From: Octopus bimaculoides
Taxonomy: Eukaryota
Assembly: GCF_001194135.2 (NCBI RefSeq)
Contig: NC_068995.1
Location: forward strand, 53,304,046-53,352,731
Length of the DNA stretch: 48,686 bases
Direction: 5' to 3'
Part shown: positions 31,101 to 42,254 of the stretch, piece after piece
Layout of the letters: each line of letters begins with the position of its first letter
Position numbering within the stretch: position 1 is the stretch's first letter
Translations under genes and position numbers: made by a program
Notes under the pieces: model-generated
The model's input: only the letters and a program-made list of their open reading frames with translations
Databases searched by the model: none
What the model was told of the DNA's origin: nothing

Positions 31101-34100
31101 TTTGGCACGAGTGAAACCTGGCAAAATGGAGAGTCTTGGAATGATACATCAAATCCAATTCCTCAGCGAATACCAGTTGTTGATCTTTCCAGTAAACTGA
31201 TGGCTAAAGTAGAATTTCCTGTTGATGATCTACGGATAGCCATTTTGAATGGTGACCTCACTACTGTACAGTATTTCATTGAAAATGGTAAGAGCAGACA
31301 TTCTCTTCTGCAATCTCTTTTATTATTATTATTCCTCACTCTCAGATCATCCTTACTCTTTACGCTGACCGATCCCAAAGAGCTAGATTTCTGTAAGAAG
31401 CTTGTGAAAATCTAAGTTGCTTGGGGCCGAATCAAACCATTTTTGGTGCCGGTGTTGCTGTGTGGTAAGAACCTTGCTTCCTCATCACATGGTTCCAGAT
31501 TCAGTCCCACTGCATGACACCTTGGGCAAGTGTCTTCGACTATAGCCTTAGGACAACCAAAGCCTTTTGAGTAGATTCGGCAGACGGAAACTGAAAGAAG
31601 CCCGTCCTATATATGTATGTATCTCTATGTGTGTGTGTGCCCGGTTTGGCAATTGGTGTTGGTGTGTTTACCTCCCTGTAACCTAGCGGTTCAGCAAAAT
31701 GACTGATAGATTAAGTACCAGACGTTAAAAAAAAATGTAGTGGTGTTGATACATTACATTCAACTAAAAATTCTTGAAGGCAGTGCCCCAGCATGGCCAT
31801 AATCTAAGGGCTGAAAGAAGTAAAAGATAAAAGAGAGGGTTACAGTCTCGGAGTGGTTGGCATTAAGAAGGGCATCCAGCTGTAGAAACTCTGCCAAATC
31901 AGATTGGGCCTGGTGTCGCCATCTGGTTCACCAGTCCTCAGTCAAATTGTCCAACCCATGCTAGCATGGAAAGCGGACGTTAAATGATGATGATGATATA
32001 TATATATGTATATATGATGAAACAGACTCCAAAGACTCTGGTTTTGGTCTGCAACAGCAAGGTTTGTATTATTTAGTAAAATCAAAAAAAAAAAAAAAAA
32101 TAGTGAATTTACTACACAGAGGTGGATAGTATTGTAATCCCTTACAAAATCTTTTTTCCAAATTTTAAGCCCCCAAAATCGGGTTTCCTTATACATGTTA
32201 AAATACGGTAATTCAATAAACTCTTCTTTTTTTCTTATTACTACAGGAACTGATGTTGATGTTAAACTTAAAGGAAACTGGACACCATTGTTGTATGCTT
32301 CTAACGCTGGTCATCCTGAAATTGTCCATTATCTCTTGGAACAGAATGCTTCTCCTGATTATAACCATGGTGAGTTTATATGTAATCCATTTCCTTTCTT
32401 AAGATCTTCATTCTACCTTGACCATTGGGGCCCAAATTCCTTTTCCTGACTCCCTTTTAGCTGCTGCCTTTTAGGATACACAGGGATAAAGAATACCTCA
32501 GTACCTTTTCTAATTTTATCTTTACTTTTTTTTTTACTCCCATTCATTAAATTTTGTATTGTTTTGTGTTGTTTCCAGTCACGGACAGGTTTTTCCCTCT
32601 GATGGCTGCGTGTACTGCAGATAAGGATGATGAGAATTCTATAATGAAGTGTGTCACTCTGTTATTGGAGCATGGAGCTAAAGTTGATTCTATGGACAGG
32701 TAAACAGGATCATTTTAAAAAATTTTATTTTGTTTTGTTTTAACATGTATGTTATATATTGGTCAATGCTTTCAGCTGTTAACCAAATGTCTGATGGTTC
32801 ATGCCCACAATGGAACATATATAATGTAGTAATTTGTTTATAGGCACAGGTATGGCTGTATAAGAAGCCACTGCTTGGTACTTTGGACAAGTGTCTTCAA
32901 CTATAGCCCCTCCCCTCCTTCCCCGTCTCATAAGCGTGGGTCACTATCATGCAAGTAAAGTTGTTTGATTCCAGCCTTCTGCCAAAAATATGTCTAGTCA
33001 TGGGGGAAATAATTACCTTGCTTGGAAACAGCTGAAGGTTAGCAACAGGAAGAGCATCCAGCCTTAGAAAATCTGTCTTAGCAAATTCTCATTTGACCCT
33101 TGTAAGCATGGAAAGGTTTAGATACACAAGACACACTGGCACAGTGGCTCTCCTATGATTTCATTAGAATTTGAGGACCCAAAGCAAAGCATGGACCTAG
33201 GGCTAAGCAATGACAAAACGTCATTGTTCATTTTAAGAAAATTATACAATTTTGAAATAATCTTTTCTAAAAACATATATTTATTTATATATAAATATAT
33301 ATGTTAAATATAAAATATATGTTTAACAAAAACGACATATTTTTCTCTCTTTTCTTTGATCTTTGTTTCGATTCTTGTTACCTCTGCCTTCAAGGTGGAG
33401 GTATTGTTTTCAGCCGTGTTTGTTTGTTTGTTAGTTTGTCTGTGGACAAGATATCTCAAGAATCACTGGATGGATTTGATTGAAACTTTTAGGGATGTTT
33501 GGCATGAGCAGTTTAGATTTTGGGTTTGATCTGGCACCGGACAAGTATTCTGGATTATTTGTTATATTTACTTTACATGATTATGATCTTATGTTGACTT
33601 TCAAGTCTTTCTCAATTATCTCCCTTTAGGCTGTTTTCAAAGTTTTATTTTCATTTCTCTATTATTAATTTTACTCGTGTCTCTATCTTAGTAGAAACTG
33701 ATGGATAAAGAAATCAAACTACATAAACAAATGACAGCAAAACCGTTCAGAAATTAAATAACAACATATTTTTATAATATAGATATTATATATTATACTT
33801 AATTATAAACACTTTATAGTATACTTACATATATACATCTGTCTATACATCAATCTAAAACAACAGGAATACTAAAGAAAGGCTGGAATTTAAGAAAAGA
33901 GAAAACCAAAAGGTCTCACGGTATTCATTTAAAGATTCTTGAGTAGAACTTATTATTACTTCCATCTTTGAAGCTATTTTGAATGGTGGATTTGGCTTGT
34001 ATTAGATAAGGGTCAACTATTTATTACTATTACTAAATTCTCTACAGCCACCTTCACATTCCATGACTACCATTGGATCCGATCAGGTACCAGACAAGGA

Positions 34101-37100
34101 TTCTGGATTATTTTTCTCGTTTTGGTACTTAATTTTTGAGAGTGGTTGGGTTCATTTTTAGTATTCTCATTTGTGAGAGCAGTCGAGTTTATTTCAGATG
34201 TTCTCATTTTAAAAATCATCTTTGGCTAATTGTTGAGAGGACGTTGGTGTTGCCTTGGCAGAGGTTTGCGCTCTCTGAGTGCTTTTGTTTACTTTTGTTT
34301 TGAGTCTTGTTTGCTGTAAACAGTTTTAACTGTCAGATCATGTTGTAACAAATTTCTTCTGCAGATATCACACAACACCATTGATGTATAGTGCCAAGAG
34401 GGGCCACCTCTCAGTTCTAATAAAGCTGTTGGATTTTTATGCTGACCCTAATATAACAGACAGTCAGGGATGGTCTGTAAGTACCAGTATCACCATTTCC
34501 AAACTATTTTTTTTATCTTCTACTTGCTTCAGTCATTAGACTGCGGCCATGCTGGGGCACCACCTTGAAGAATTTTAGTCAAATGGATTGACCCCAGTAC
34601 TTTTTCTTTTGTTAAAGCCTGGTACTTATTCTATCAGTTTCTTGTTGAATTGCTAAGTTACGGGGATGAAAACAAACCAACACCGGTTGTCAAGTGGTAG
34701 TAAGGGACAAACACAGACACAAAGACACACACACACATATATATATATATGACAGGCTTCTTTCAGTTTCCACGTACCATGTCCACTCGCAGGCTTTGGT
34801 TAACTAAAGGTCGTAGTAGAAGACATTTGTCCAAGGTGTTACGCTGTGGAGTTGAACTAGGAACCATGTGGTTGGGAAGCAAGCAAGCTTCTTATCATAC
34901 AGCCACATGTGCACCTGTGATCAATTTTGGTTTTTATATTTTCTTGAGTTGTTGTTTTATTTCTTGTGTGTGTGTGTGTGTGTAATCTAGTAGATTAAAA
35001 TATTGTTATACAGACATACCTCACTGGTGCCAAAAGCACCATTCGAGCATGGTCATTGCCAGTGCCACCCAACAGCTTCCCATGCTGGTGGCACGTAAAA
35101 AGCACCATTTGAGCGTGGTCAATGCCATTACCGCCTGACTGGCCCTGTGCCGGTGGCACGTAAAAAGCACCCACTACACTCTCAGAGTGGTTGGTGTTAG
35201 GAAGGGCAACCAGCTGTAGAAACTTTGCCAAATCAGATTGAAGCCTGGTGCAGCCTACTGGCTTACCAGCCCTCAGTCAAACCGTCCAGCCCATGTCAGC
35301 ATGGAAAGCGGATGTTAAACAACAATGATGATGATGATTAACATGTATTATATCTCAGGGGTTTAATTATTATTTTGCATTTTTTAATTTTTATTTCCAG
35401 GCCTTATTCCATGCTGCAAACAGTGGCCATATGTCTCTTGTTGTAGAACTGATGAAAACTGGTGCCGATACAAAATTAAGAGACCATAGAAGACATTCTG
35501 CTGCAGATATTGCTTATTTACGATCATTTGAGGAGGTAAATCATCCCCCCCCCCTTTTTTTTTCCCTTTCCTTGCTTATCAATTATTTTTCACGGGTTTC
35601 GCATCTCTTAATTATCCCTTTTCATATCAAAACCTGTCTAAGATAACTTTGATTTCAAATTGTGGCACAAGGCCAGCAATTTCGAAGGACGGGGTAAGTC
35701 GATTACATCGACCTCCACTGGTACTTATTTTATTGAACCTGAAAGGATAAAAGGCAAAGTGGACGTCAATGGAATTTGAACTTAGAGCGCAAAAACAGAC
35801 GCAGTGCCACTAAGCCTTTTATCTGGCATGCTACCAATAATGCCAAGCTTGCCATCTTACAATATTATAAGATGTATATTTTCTTCTGATGTTTTTTTTT
35901 CCATCAGATTGCTGCTTATATTGATGAGAGCTACAAAGACACAGAGGAAAAAACATCTCTTGCAGCGAAGATGAACGACAATAAAATTACAAGCATAGCA
36001 AACAGGTAAGTTCATAGGACAAAGAAGTGGTCCTTCCATATTTTTTTTTTTTTTTGTAACCTGCTATTGTAGAGAATTTTTTGGACTACCGGTCAAGATG
36101 TTGGTTGTAGATATCTTCTCACAGTCTCCAAAGTCCAAACACTTCACTTCCAAACGGCCAAATCCACTTGTTTGTGTTAACTACAAACAAGATGAGAACA
36201 AATATCCGTCAAATGTAAATAATGTAAATAATTCTTCATCTCTTGACTATAGAACTGTATTCTCTTATTACATTTCACATTTTCACCCATTCTGATGGGT
36301 TTCTCTTTCTGTTTCAGATCAAGTACATACAGTCAGTTGGAACTCTTTCTCTACGGACTTCATTTACAATCGACAATAGAAAACTTCAGAGAACACAATA
36401 TTACTTTCAATCAGTTATTGACGCTTACTGAAGACGATCTGGAAAAGGTAAATTTCAAAAAGAATACAAATGGGAAAGGAAGGGCCTTGACTCTTAGCGC
36501 TTCTCATTCTTTCACTACCCTTTCTTCTGTCATCATCATCATCATCGTTTAACATCCGCCTTCCATGCTGGCATGGGTTGGACGGTTTGACTGGGGCCTG
36601 CATCAGACTTCTCTGTTTTGGTATGACTTTTACAGCTGGATGCCCTTCCTGACGCCAACCACCCAAGAGAGTGGACAGGACTTTTTATGTGGCACAAGCA
36701 GAAGGCACAGACATGGTTTTGTGGTAAGAAGTTTGCTTCGCAACCACATGGTTCCAAGTTCACTCCCACTGCAAAGCACCTTGGGGAAGTGTTTTTTTTT
36801 ACTATAGACCTGAGCTAACCAAAGCCTAGTGAGTCAATTTGGTAGAAACTGAAGGAAGCCCATCGTATATGTGTGTGTGTCTTTGTCTTCACATGGCATT
36901 ATAATTGTAAACAATTGCCATTACTTCGAAACAGGTGAGAGTTGTTGACAGGAAGGTCACCTGGCTGTAGAAAATCTGTCTCAAATATACTACATCTGAC
37001 TCGGTCCAAGAATCGAAACCACAACCTTACAATCATGAGTCCAACACCCTAACCACTAAGCCATGTGCCTCCACATAAAAATGTAATAGGATATTTTAAA

Positions 37101-37933
37101 ACATAGAATGGTTTTGAGGGTCCACCCAAATAAAACAAGAATCAAATGAGTCCATAGGTGAAAAATGGTTGGGAACCATTGTTCTAAACCGTGCAAATAT
37201 GGAAAACAGGCAAAAAATGAAAAATTTTATACGATAAACTGGCTCCATTTCATCTTTCTAACATTACCATGCCCTGAAATAAACTTTGGTTTTATTGATT
37301 CATTTATTTCAACAGATTGGTATTCAGCAGATCGGTTCTCGGAAGAGATTAGTTGAAGCTATAAGAGCTGTACACCAAATGGAATGGGAGACGTCTAGTC
37401 TAATGAAGATACATTATGATCAAAGCATAACGTAAGGAATAAAATCTCACTTCTTTTACTATGTTGTTTTTTTTTTTGTTAGTTTTGTTTTGTTTATTCA
37501 AAGGACAAGTTATGTAATGTTTGCTGTGTGAGATTTGGTTTATTTTCGGATTAGTGTTACCTGTTATCATCGTCGTCGTCATTTAACGTCCGCTTTCCAT
37601 GCTGGCATGGGTTGGACGGTTTCACTGAGGACTGACGAACCAGTAGGCTGTACCAGGCTCCAATCTGATCTGGCAAGGTTTCTACAGCTGGTTGCTCTTC
37701 CTAACGCCAACCACTCCGAGAGTGTAGTGGGTGCTTTTATGTGCCACCAGCACGAGGGCCAGTCAGGCGGTTCTGGCAATGACCACACTCGAATGTCTTT
37801 TCATGTGCCAGGAAGGTGACGCTGGTAACGATTACTCTCAAATGGTGCTATTTACGTGCCACTGGCATGGAAGCCAGACAGCTGCTCTGGCAACGATCAT
37901 GCTCGGACGGTGCTCTTAGCGCTTCACTGACAC

Positions 37934-37970
<37 letters not shown>

Positions 37971-39108
37971 AGAATCAGTTACTAGTAGACACAGTACAAT
38001 ATTCCTATTAGAGAGTATATAAGAAAGAGAAATAATAAGAGTAAAATAGAGATAAGCAATAGAGTTTGAGAGGAGTATAACTTTGTAGAAAGGAAAAATA
38101 CATATACATAGACACATACATATTTTATGTGTCTCCTTCCAATATTTATGTTATCATAACTAGTGGTGGATCGAAGGGTATAGTCACTTTTAGGTAGATA
38201 TATATATTTCTACCTCAACAAATTCCACCTGACCTGTGTGAACATGGAAAAGTGGATGATAAATGACAATGGTCATCCACCAAAATATGTGACCTTTGTA
38301 CGAACACGAGAACTCAACATTGAAGTTGTTCTTCTTGTTGTAACTACAGTCCTAATTTTTTTTGTCCATATTATATTTCAGTTGTGCTGATGCTACTGCC
38401 ATGTTAGCCAATATCTCTAAACATGCTCTCTACATGACTTCCACCATTGTTTACATTGGTAAGCAGATTGAACTTCATCCTGGCATTGTTGAAGAGACAA
38501 ATGTAAGTAATTTAGACTTTTAAGGAGTTCACTATCCTCAGATCTCTCTCTCTCTCTCTGTTATTTATGAATTGTCTCATAATGCTATATAATTGACTGT
38601 AGCCTTCTTCAAAGTTTGTTTGTGCACATATTAAAAAAAAGAATAAGACACAAAGACAGGACCCTCGAGTCATATTTGAGGAATTCTAGTGGGCCTTCTG
38701 CAATATCCACAAAACTTGGCACATAACAGAAGTGGCGTTCTGGTGTTCTAGGTTCAATTCCACTGGGTGTACCTTGGGCATGTATCTTCTATTACAGTCA
38801 TCAGTTAACCTGTGCCGTATGATTGACATTTAATACCTGGAAACTGTAAAGAAGCCCTCTTTATATGTATGTGTGTCATCATCAACATCGTTGTTTTCAA
38901 GCACACTTTTCCACGTTTTCATGAGTTGGACAGATTTTCCTGAGGCCAGCTGTTCTTCCTGTATCTAAACATGATGATATTTCCCCATGACTAGATGTGT
39001 TCTTACAGAATATTGGAAATGAATGACACTGCTTGTGTGACAGTGGCACTCGCAACTACTCCACCATATCAAAACAAGGAACTGGAACCCCCCACCCACA
39101 CACACACA

Positions 39109-39152
<44 letters not shown>

Positions 39153-40685
39153 TTCACAAGCACATACATACCATCATCATCATCGTCATTGAACGTTCGT
39201 TTTCCATGCTGGCATGGGTTGGACAGTTTGACTGAGGACTGGCAAGCCAAAAGGCTGTACCAGGCTCCAATCTGATGTGGAAAGGTTTCTGCCTCTGGAT
39301 GCCCTTCCCAACGCCAACCACTCCAAGAGTGTAGTGGGTGATTATTATATGCCACCAGTACAGTGGTGATTCTCCTTTTCCTCCTTGAATTTACCCTTCT
39401 TTTTCAGTCTGTGATGGTACCGTATATTAGAAGAAGAAAAATAAAAGAAAAAATTAATTTTTTTTATACAGATTTCCCTTGAAAGGTTGATTTAAAAAAT
39501 TCATTTACTGTTTGTTTCTTCTTGCTAGGACACGAGATTGTTAGAGAAATTTTTACATTACTCATCACATTCCATGAAGAATGTTAACACACTTCTAGTT
39601 CAGCTTGAGAAATTTGACAAAGAAATTAAAACGGTGAGTAGAGCCAGATCTTCATGTGTGTACGTTTGTGTGTAATAGTGGATGATAGATCAAGTTCATT
39701 TAATTGATTGTGCTGAGCTTATAATCAAAGGCTTTCAAGCTGTGGTCATCCACTCCTATTTTTGCCCATCTCAAACACTGTAACACAGTGTATCTTGGAT
39801 CAGCATTATCTCCAATGTATCCTTTTTGTGATTTGAGAACCAGTAGGTTAAAGTGTGGGAGATGTAAGTGGGGCAAGCAGGTTCTTGTTATAGAATAGCT
39901 TCATGGTTAGCCACATTTTGGAAGACAGGGTGAAAATGCTCAGTGGATGCTGGAAAGAGATAATTAAAAATAGTGGCTTATATTTTGATGTATAAACATT
40001 ATTGACCACATGTACTCAATGTATGTGCTGTGCTTGTTTGTCAGTAGGCTGCGGTGTAGTGCGGTAGGGATGACTCTCTCGAAGCACCAAGTGTTAAAAC
40101 ACCTGAAGGTCTTAGACTGGGGAAACAACTGACCCCTAATCCCATTCAGGAGTGATGGGCATTTATGTTTTGCCAATTTTGTGGCTTGTCGGCGTCACAT
40201 GTGTGAGCTGAATCAGAGACAAATTGAATCGCTAGCCTATGACCTTATACAAATAGTGTAAAAACCATTTGCTGGTGTGCCACGACAATGCATATGCAAG
40301 AATAAATTCAAATGTGAACCAGAAGCACCACTGGTGTTGTAAGCATTATCAGACATATGTACTCAATACATGTGCTTTTGCTTGTTTGTCGGTAGGCTGC
40401 AGTTTAAGTCAGTAGGTATTTTTATATATAATTTTTTTTTTTTTTTTTCAGCTTTTGGCAGATAAGAATCTACAACCAGTTGAAATAATCTCTGCAAAGG
40501 ATAATGATCTCCAAGAAAGAGCTTCACGAATGTTCTCATTTCCAGATCGGTTTGGATGGAAAAGTCTGTGCTTGGCATCAGTGGCTCTCATAGCAGCTGT
40601 CTCATTTTGGAGAAGAGAGATTTCCAGAACTTTTGCCCTCCTGCCTGTCATGGAGATTCGCCAATTAACAAAACCCTTATTATGA
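28033..40685 (+). CDS. ASZ1: Ankyrin repeat, SAM and basic leucine zipper domain-containing protein 1 (GASZ). join(28033-28113,31035-31287,32247-32369,32579-32699,34365-34476,35401-35535,35908-36005,36318-36447,37316-37431,38382-38502,39529-39633,40452-40685); 542 aa
   Basis: 1629 nt of phase-consistent GT-AG exons. Acidic N-terminus PAGFEDEFSDDSDD (like PVAGGGESSESEDD), ankyrin repeats (WTPLLYAS, TTPLMYSAKRGH, ALFHAANSGH), SAM domain (LELFLYGLHL...LLTLTEDDLEKIGI), heptad coiled coil and C-terminal hydrophobic helix. This domain order is diagnostic of ASZ1/GASZ. Confidence 0.93.
31035..31287 (+). CDS. ASZ1: ASZ1 exon 2 (DKNLSEP...DDLRIAILNGDLTTVQYFIEN)
   Basis: ttttccccag|GAC; ATG|gtaaga. 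Confidence 0.9.
31446..31835 (+). mobile_element. tRNA-derived SINE, family A (other copies or parts about 44840-45255 +, 36705-36880 +, 29640-30150 +, 7310-7525 +, 16230-16410 +, 12470-12850 -, 14770-15060 -, 22555-22965 -, 34520-34915 -, 3135-3330 -, 48170-48330 -)
   Basis: A-box-like TGCTGTGTGGT, B-box-like GRTTCAGTCCC, conserved CCTTGGGCAAGTGTCTT body, internal (TA/TG)n and tail CCAGCATGGCCGCAGTC...TGAAACAAGTAAAAG, all recurring across the window. Confidence 0.8.
32247..32369 (+). CDS. ASZ1: ASZ1 exon 3, ankyrin repeat
   Basis: ctacag|GA; ATG|gtgagt. Confidence 0.93.
32579..32699 (+). CDS. ASZ1: ASZ1 exon 4, ankyrin repeat (FFPLMAAC...KCVTLLLEHGAKVD)
   Basis: gtttccag|TC; AG|gtaaac. Confidence 0.9.
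33378..34286 (+). mobile_element. Non-autonomous Helentron-type (HINE/DINE-like) element in ASZ1 intron 4
   Basis: 5' subterminal TTACCTCTGCC(TT)CAAGG followed by (GTTT)n; 3' inverted partner CCTTGGCAGAGGT (34253-34265), then stem-loop GCGCTC-TCT-GAGTGC and TTTT. Confidence 0.65.
34365..34476 (+). CDS. ASZ1: ASZ1 exon 5, ankyrin repeat (TTPLMYSAKRGH...DSQGWS)
   Basis: ttctgcag|A; TCT|gtaagt. Confidence 0.93.
35022..35338 (+). mobile_element. Non-autonomous element sharing the RTE LINE 3' end (other copies about 31845-31997 +, 36531-36690 -, 37565-37932 -, 39172-39362 -, 41475-41727 -, 46058-46308 +)
   Basis: Same ...GAAGGGCATCCAGCTGTAGAAAC...CCAACCCATGCYAGCATGGAAAGCGGACGTTAAA(YGA)n end as the LINE at 2063-2250; internal GTGGCACGTAAAAAGCACC repeats; no ORF. 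Confidence 0.8.
35401..35535 (+). CDS. ASZ1: ASZ1 exon 6, ankyrin repeat (ALFHAANSGH...RSFEE)
   Basis: atttccag|GCC; GAG|gtaaat. Confidence 0.93.
35908..36005 (+). CDS. ASZ1: ASZ1 exon 7, linker (IAAYIDES...SIANR)
   Basis: tttccatcag|ATT; AG|gtaagt. Confidence 0.88.
36318..36447 (+). CDS. ASZ1: ASZ1 exon 8, SAM domain N-terminal part
   Basis: gtttcag|A; AAG|gtaaat. Confidence 0.93.
37316..37431 (+). CDS. ASZ1: ASZ1 exon 9, SAM domain C-terminal part (IGIQQIGSRKRLVEAI...)
   Basis: ttcaacag|ATT; AC|gtaagg. Confidence 0.9.
38382..38502 (+). CDS. ASZ1: ASZ1 exon 10 (CADATAMLANISKHA...EETN)
   Basis: atttcag|T; AAT|gtaagt. Confidence 0.87.
39529..39633 (+). CDS. ASZ1: ASZ1 exon 11, coiled coil (DTRLLEKF...DKEIKT)
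   Basis: cttgctag|GAC; ACG|gtgagt. Confidence 0.87.
40452..40685 (+). CDS. ASZ1: ASZ1 terminal exon with predicted membrane anchor (WKSLCLASVALIAAVSFWRR)
   Basis: (t)n cag|CTT; stop TGA; hydrophobic helix flanked by basic residues at about 40554-40616. Confidence 0.88.
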   Translation, partial: LLADKNLQPVEIISAKDNDLQERASRMFSFPDRFGWKSLCLASVALIAAVSFWRREISRTFALLPVMEIRQLTKPLL

Positions 40686-40779
40686 GTCTAATTAGGTCTG
40701 TGTATATATTTCATTGGGGAGGGGACCAAAGTGGTCCTGAAACTACAACTGTGATTTTTAAAAACAAGGAAACCATACA

Positions 40780-40785
40780 AATAAA
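40780..40785 (+). terminator. Candidate polyadenylation signal for ASZ1
   Basis: AATAAA about 95 nt after the stop, followed by a GT/T-rich tract. Confidence 0.5.
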
Positions 40786-42254
40786 TCATTTTAAAGTCTT
40801 TTTGATGTTACTGTTGTTTTGTGTTTTGTGTTTGTTTAGCTCCAGGCCAGCCTTGGTTGTGCAGATCTTTGCTCAAAGATATTTCAGTCAAAACTATCCC
40901 ATCTTTTCTTTTTCCCTTTTTTTCCTGGCAAAATATATCTCGAACTGCATTTTCCAATGTTCAAAATATGTAATGAAAGTAATTCAAAACTTATGCCTGC
41001 TTTTACATTATTTTCTCTACAAACTTCATATTCTTTCTTATTTTAAGAAGACAGGGTGTGATTCCAGTGGTATGTGACTGCTATTTTTGGAAGATCAAAT
41101 GACCACATTGAGGCATTCGTTGTCATCATTGTCTCCTCCTCTTTCTTCTTCTAGCTACTGTTGTGGTCTTATGTCAGTATGAATGTGTAGAATTAAGTTT
41201 TAATTTTATCTAAATATGTTTAACCCTTTGAAGACGAAGCATTCCTGACTATACCAGATGTTTTATAAGCACTAACTTGGGACAGATTATAGCAACAGAC
41301 ACTCAAACTGGACTAAAACCACATACCACTTGGCATGGGGCCACGTTACCAATTCCACTACAGAGCACCTGCCATATCATCTTCTCAATTCGTTAGTTGT
41401 TCGTTAATCACTAAGAGCTGATGATGATAGATAAAATGCTTCAGTTCAGTTCAGGAAGCTTATTGCTGTTTCATCACCATCATCAATGTCGTTGAATGTC
41501 TTTTCCATGCTGGCATGGGTTGGACGGTTTGACTGAGGACTGGCAAGCCAGGAGGCTGCACCAGGCTCCAATCTAATCTGGCAAGGTTTCTACAGCTGGA
41601 TGCCCTTCCTAATGCCAACCACTCCGTGAGTGTAGTGAGTGCTTTTTATGTGCCACCAGCACAGGAGCCAGTCAGGCGGCACTGGCATCAGCCACATTTG
41701 GATGGTGCATTTTTCATGCCACCAGCGTCACAAAAATTTTAGGATTTCTTAATTTGAACTATATAGATGTTTTTTCACTACTGAAGACAGAATGATTTTG
41801 GGGTCAATTGAAAAAGTTTAAAGGTTTTTATTAAAAAAAAAAAGAATTATGACTCAATTTCCAATAGGCTTATGTTTATAAAAAAATTACCACATTTGGT
41901 CATGATTGATCATTGGATTGCACCAAGGAAGTTCCTCTTCAAGGCAAAAGTTCAAAGTAAGGTTCTCTGATGGGAGAAGAGCAGTCAACCACGCATTCAA
42001 GTCTCCCCATTCCATGTCACTGATGTTGTCCAAGGGAAAAGCAAAGCCCAATATAGTTTGGCACCAGTAACATCGCAACTCATGTCTATAGCTGAGTGAA
42101 CTGGAGCGATGTAAAAATAGTGTTTTGCTCAAGAATACAACAGCCTGGTCCGGGAATTGAACTCACAATATCATGTCTGTAAATCTGACACACTAACCAC
42201 TGAGCTACAATACAATGTCTGCAGGGTTGATGAATACCACCTATTCCCTTCCAT

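Noticed and set aside
32584-32592. Alternative acceptor GACAG|GT for ASZ1 exon 4
   Set aside because: Gives an in-frame TGA after four codons
40556-41077. 173-aa ORF overlapping the ASZ1 end
   Set aside because: Alternative frame over the last exon and a T-rich 3' UTR; composition reflects T runs
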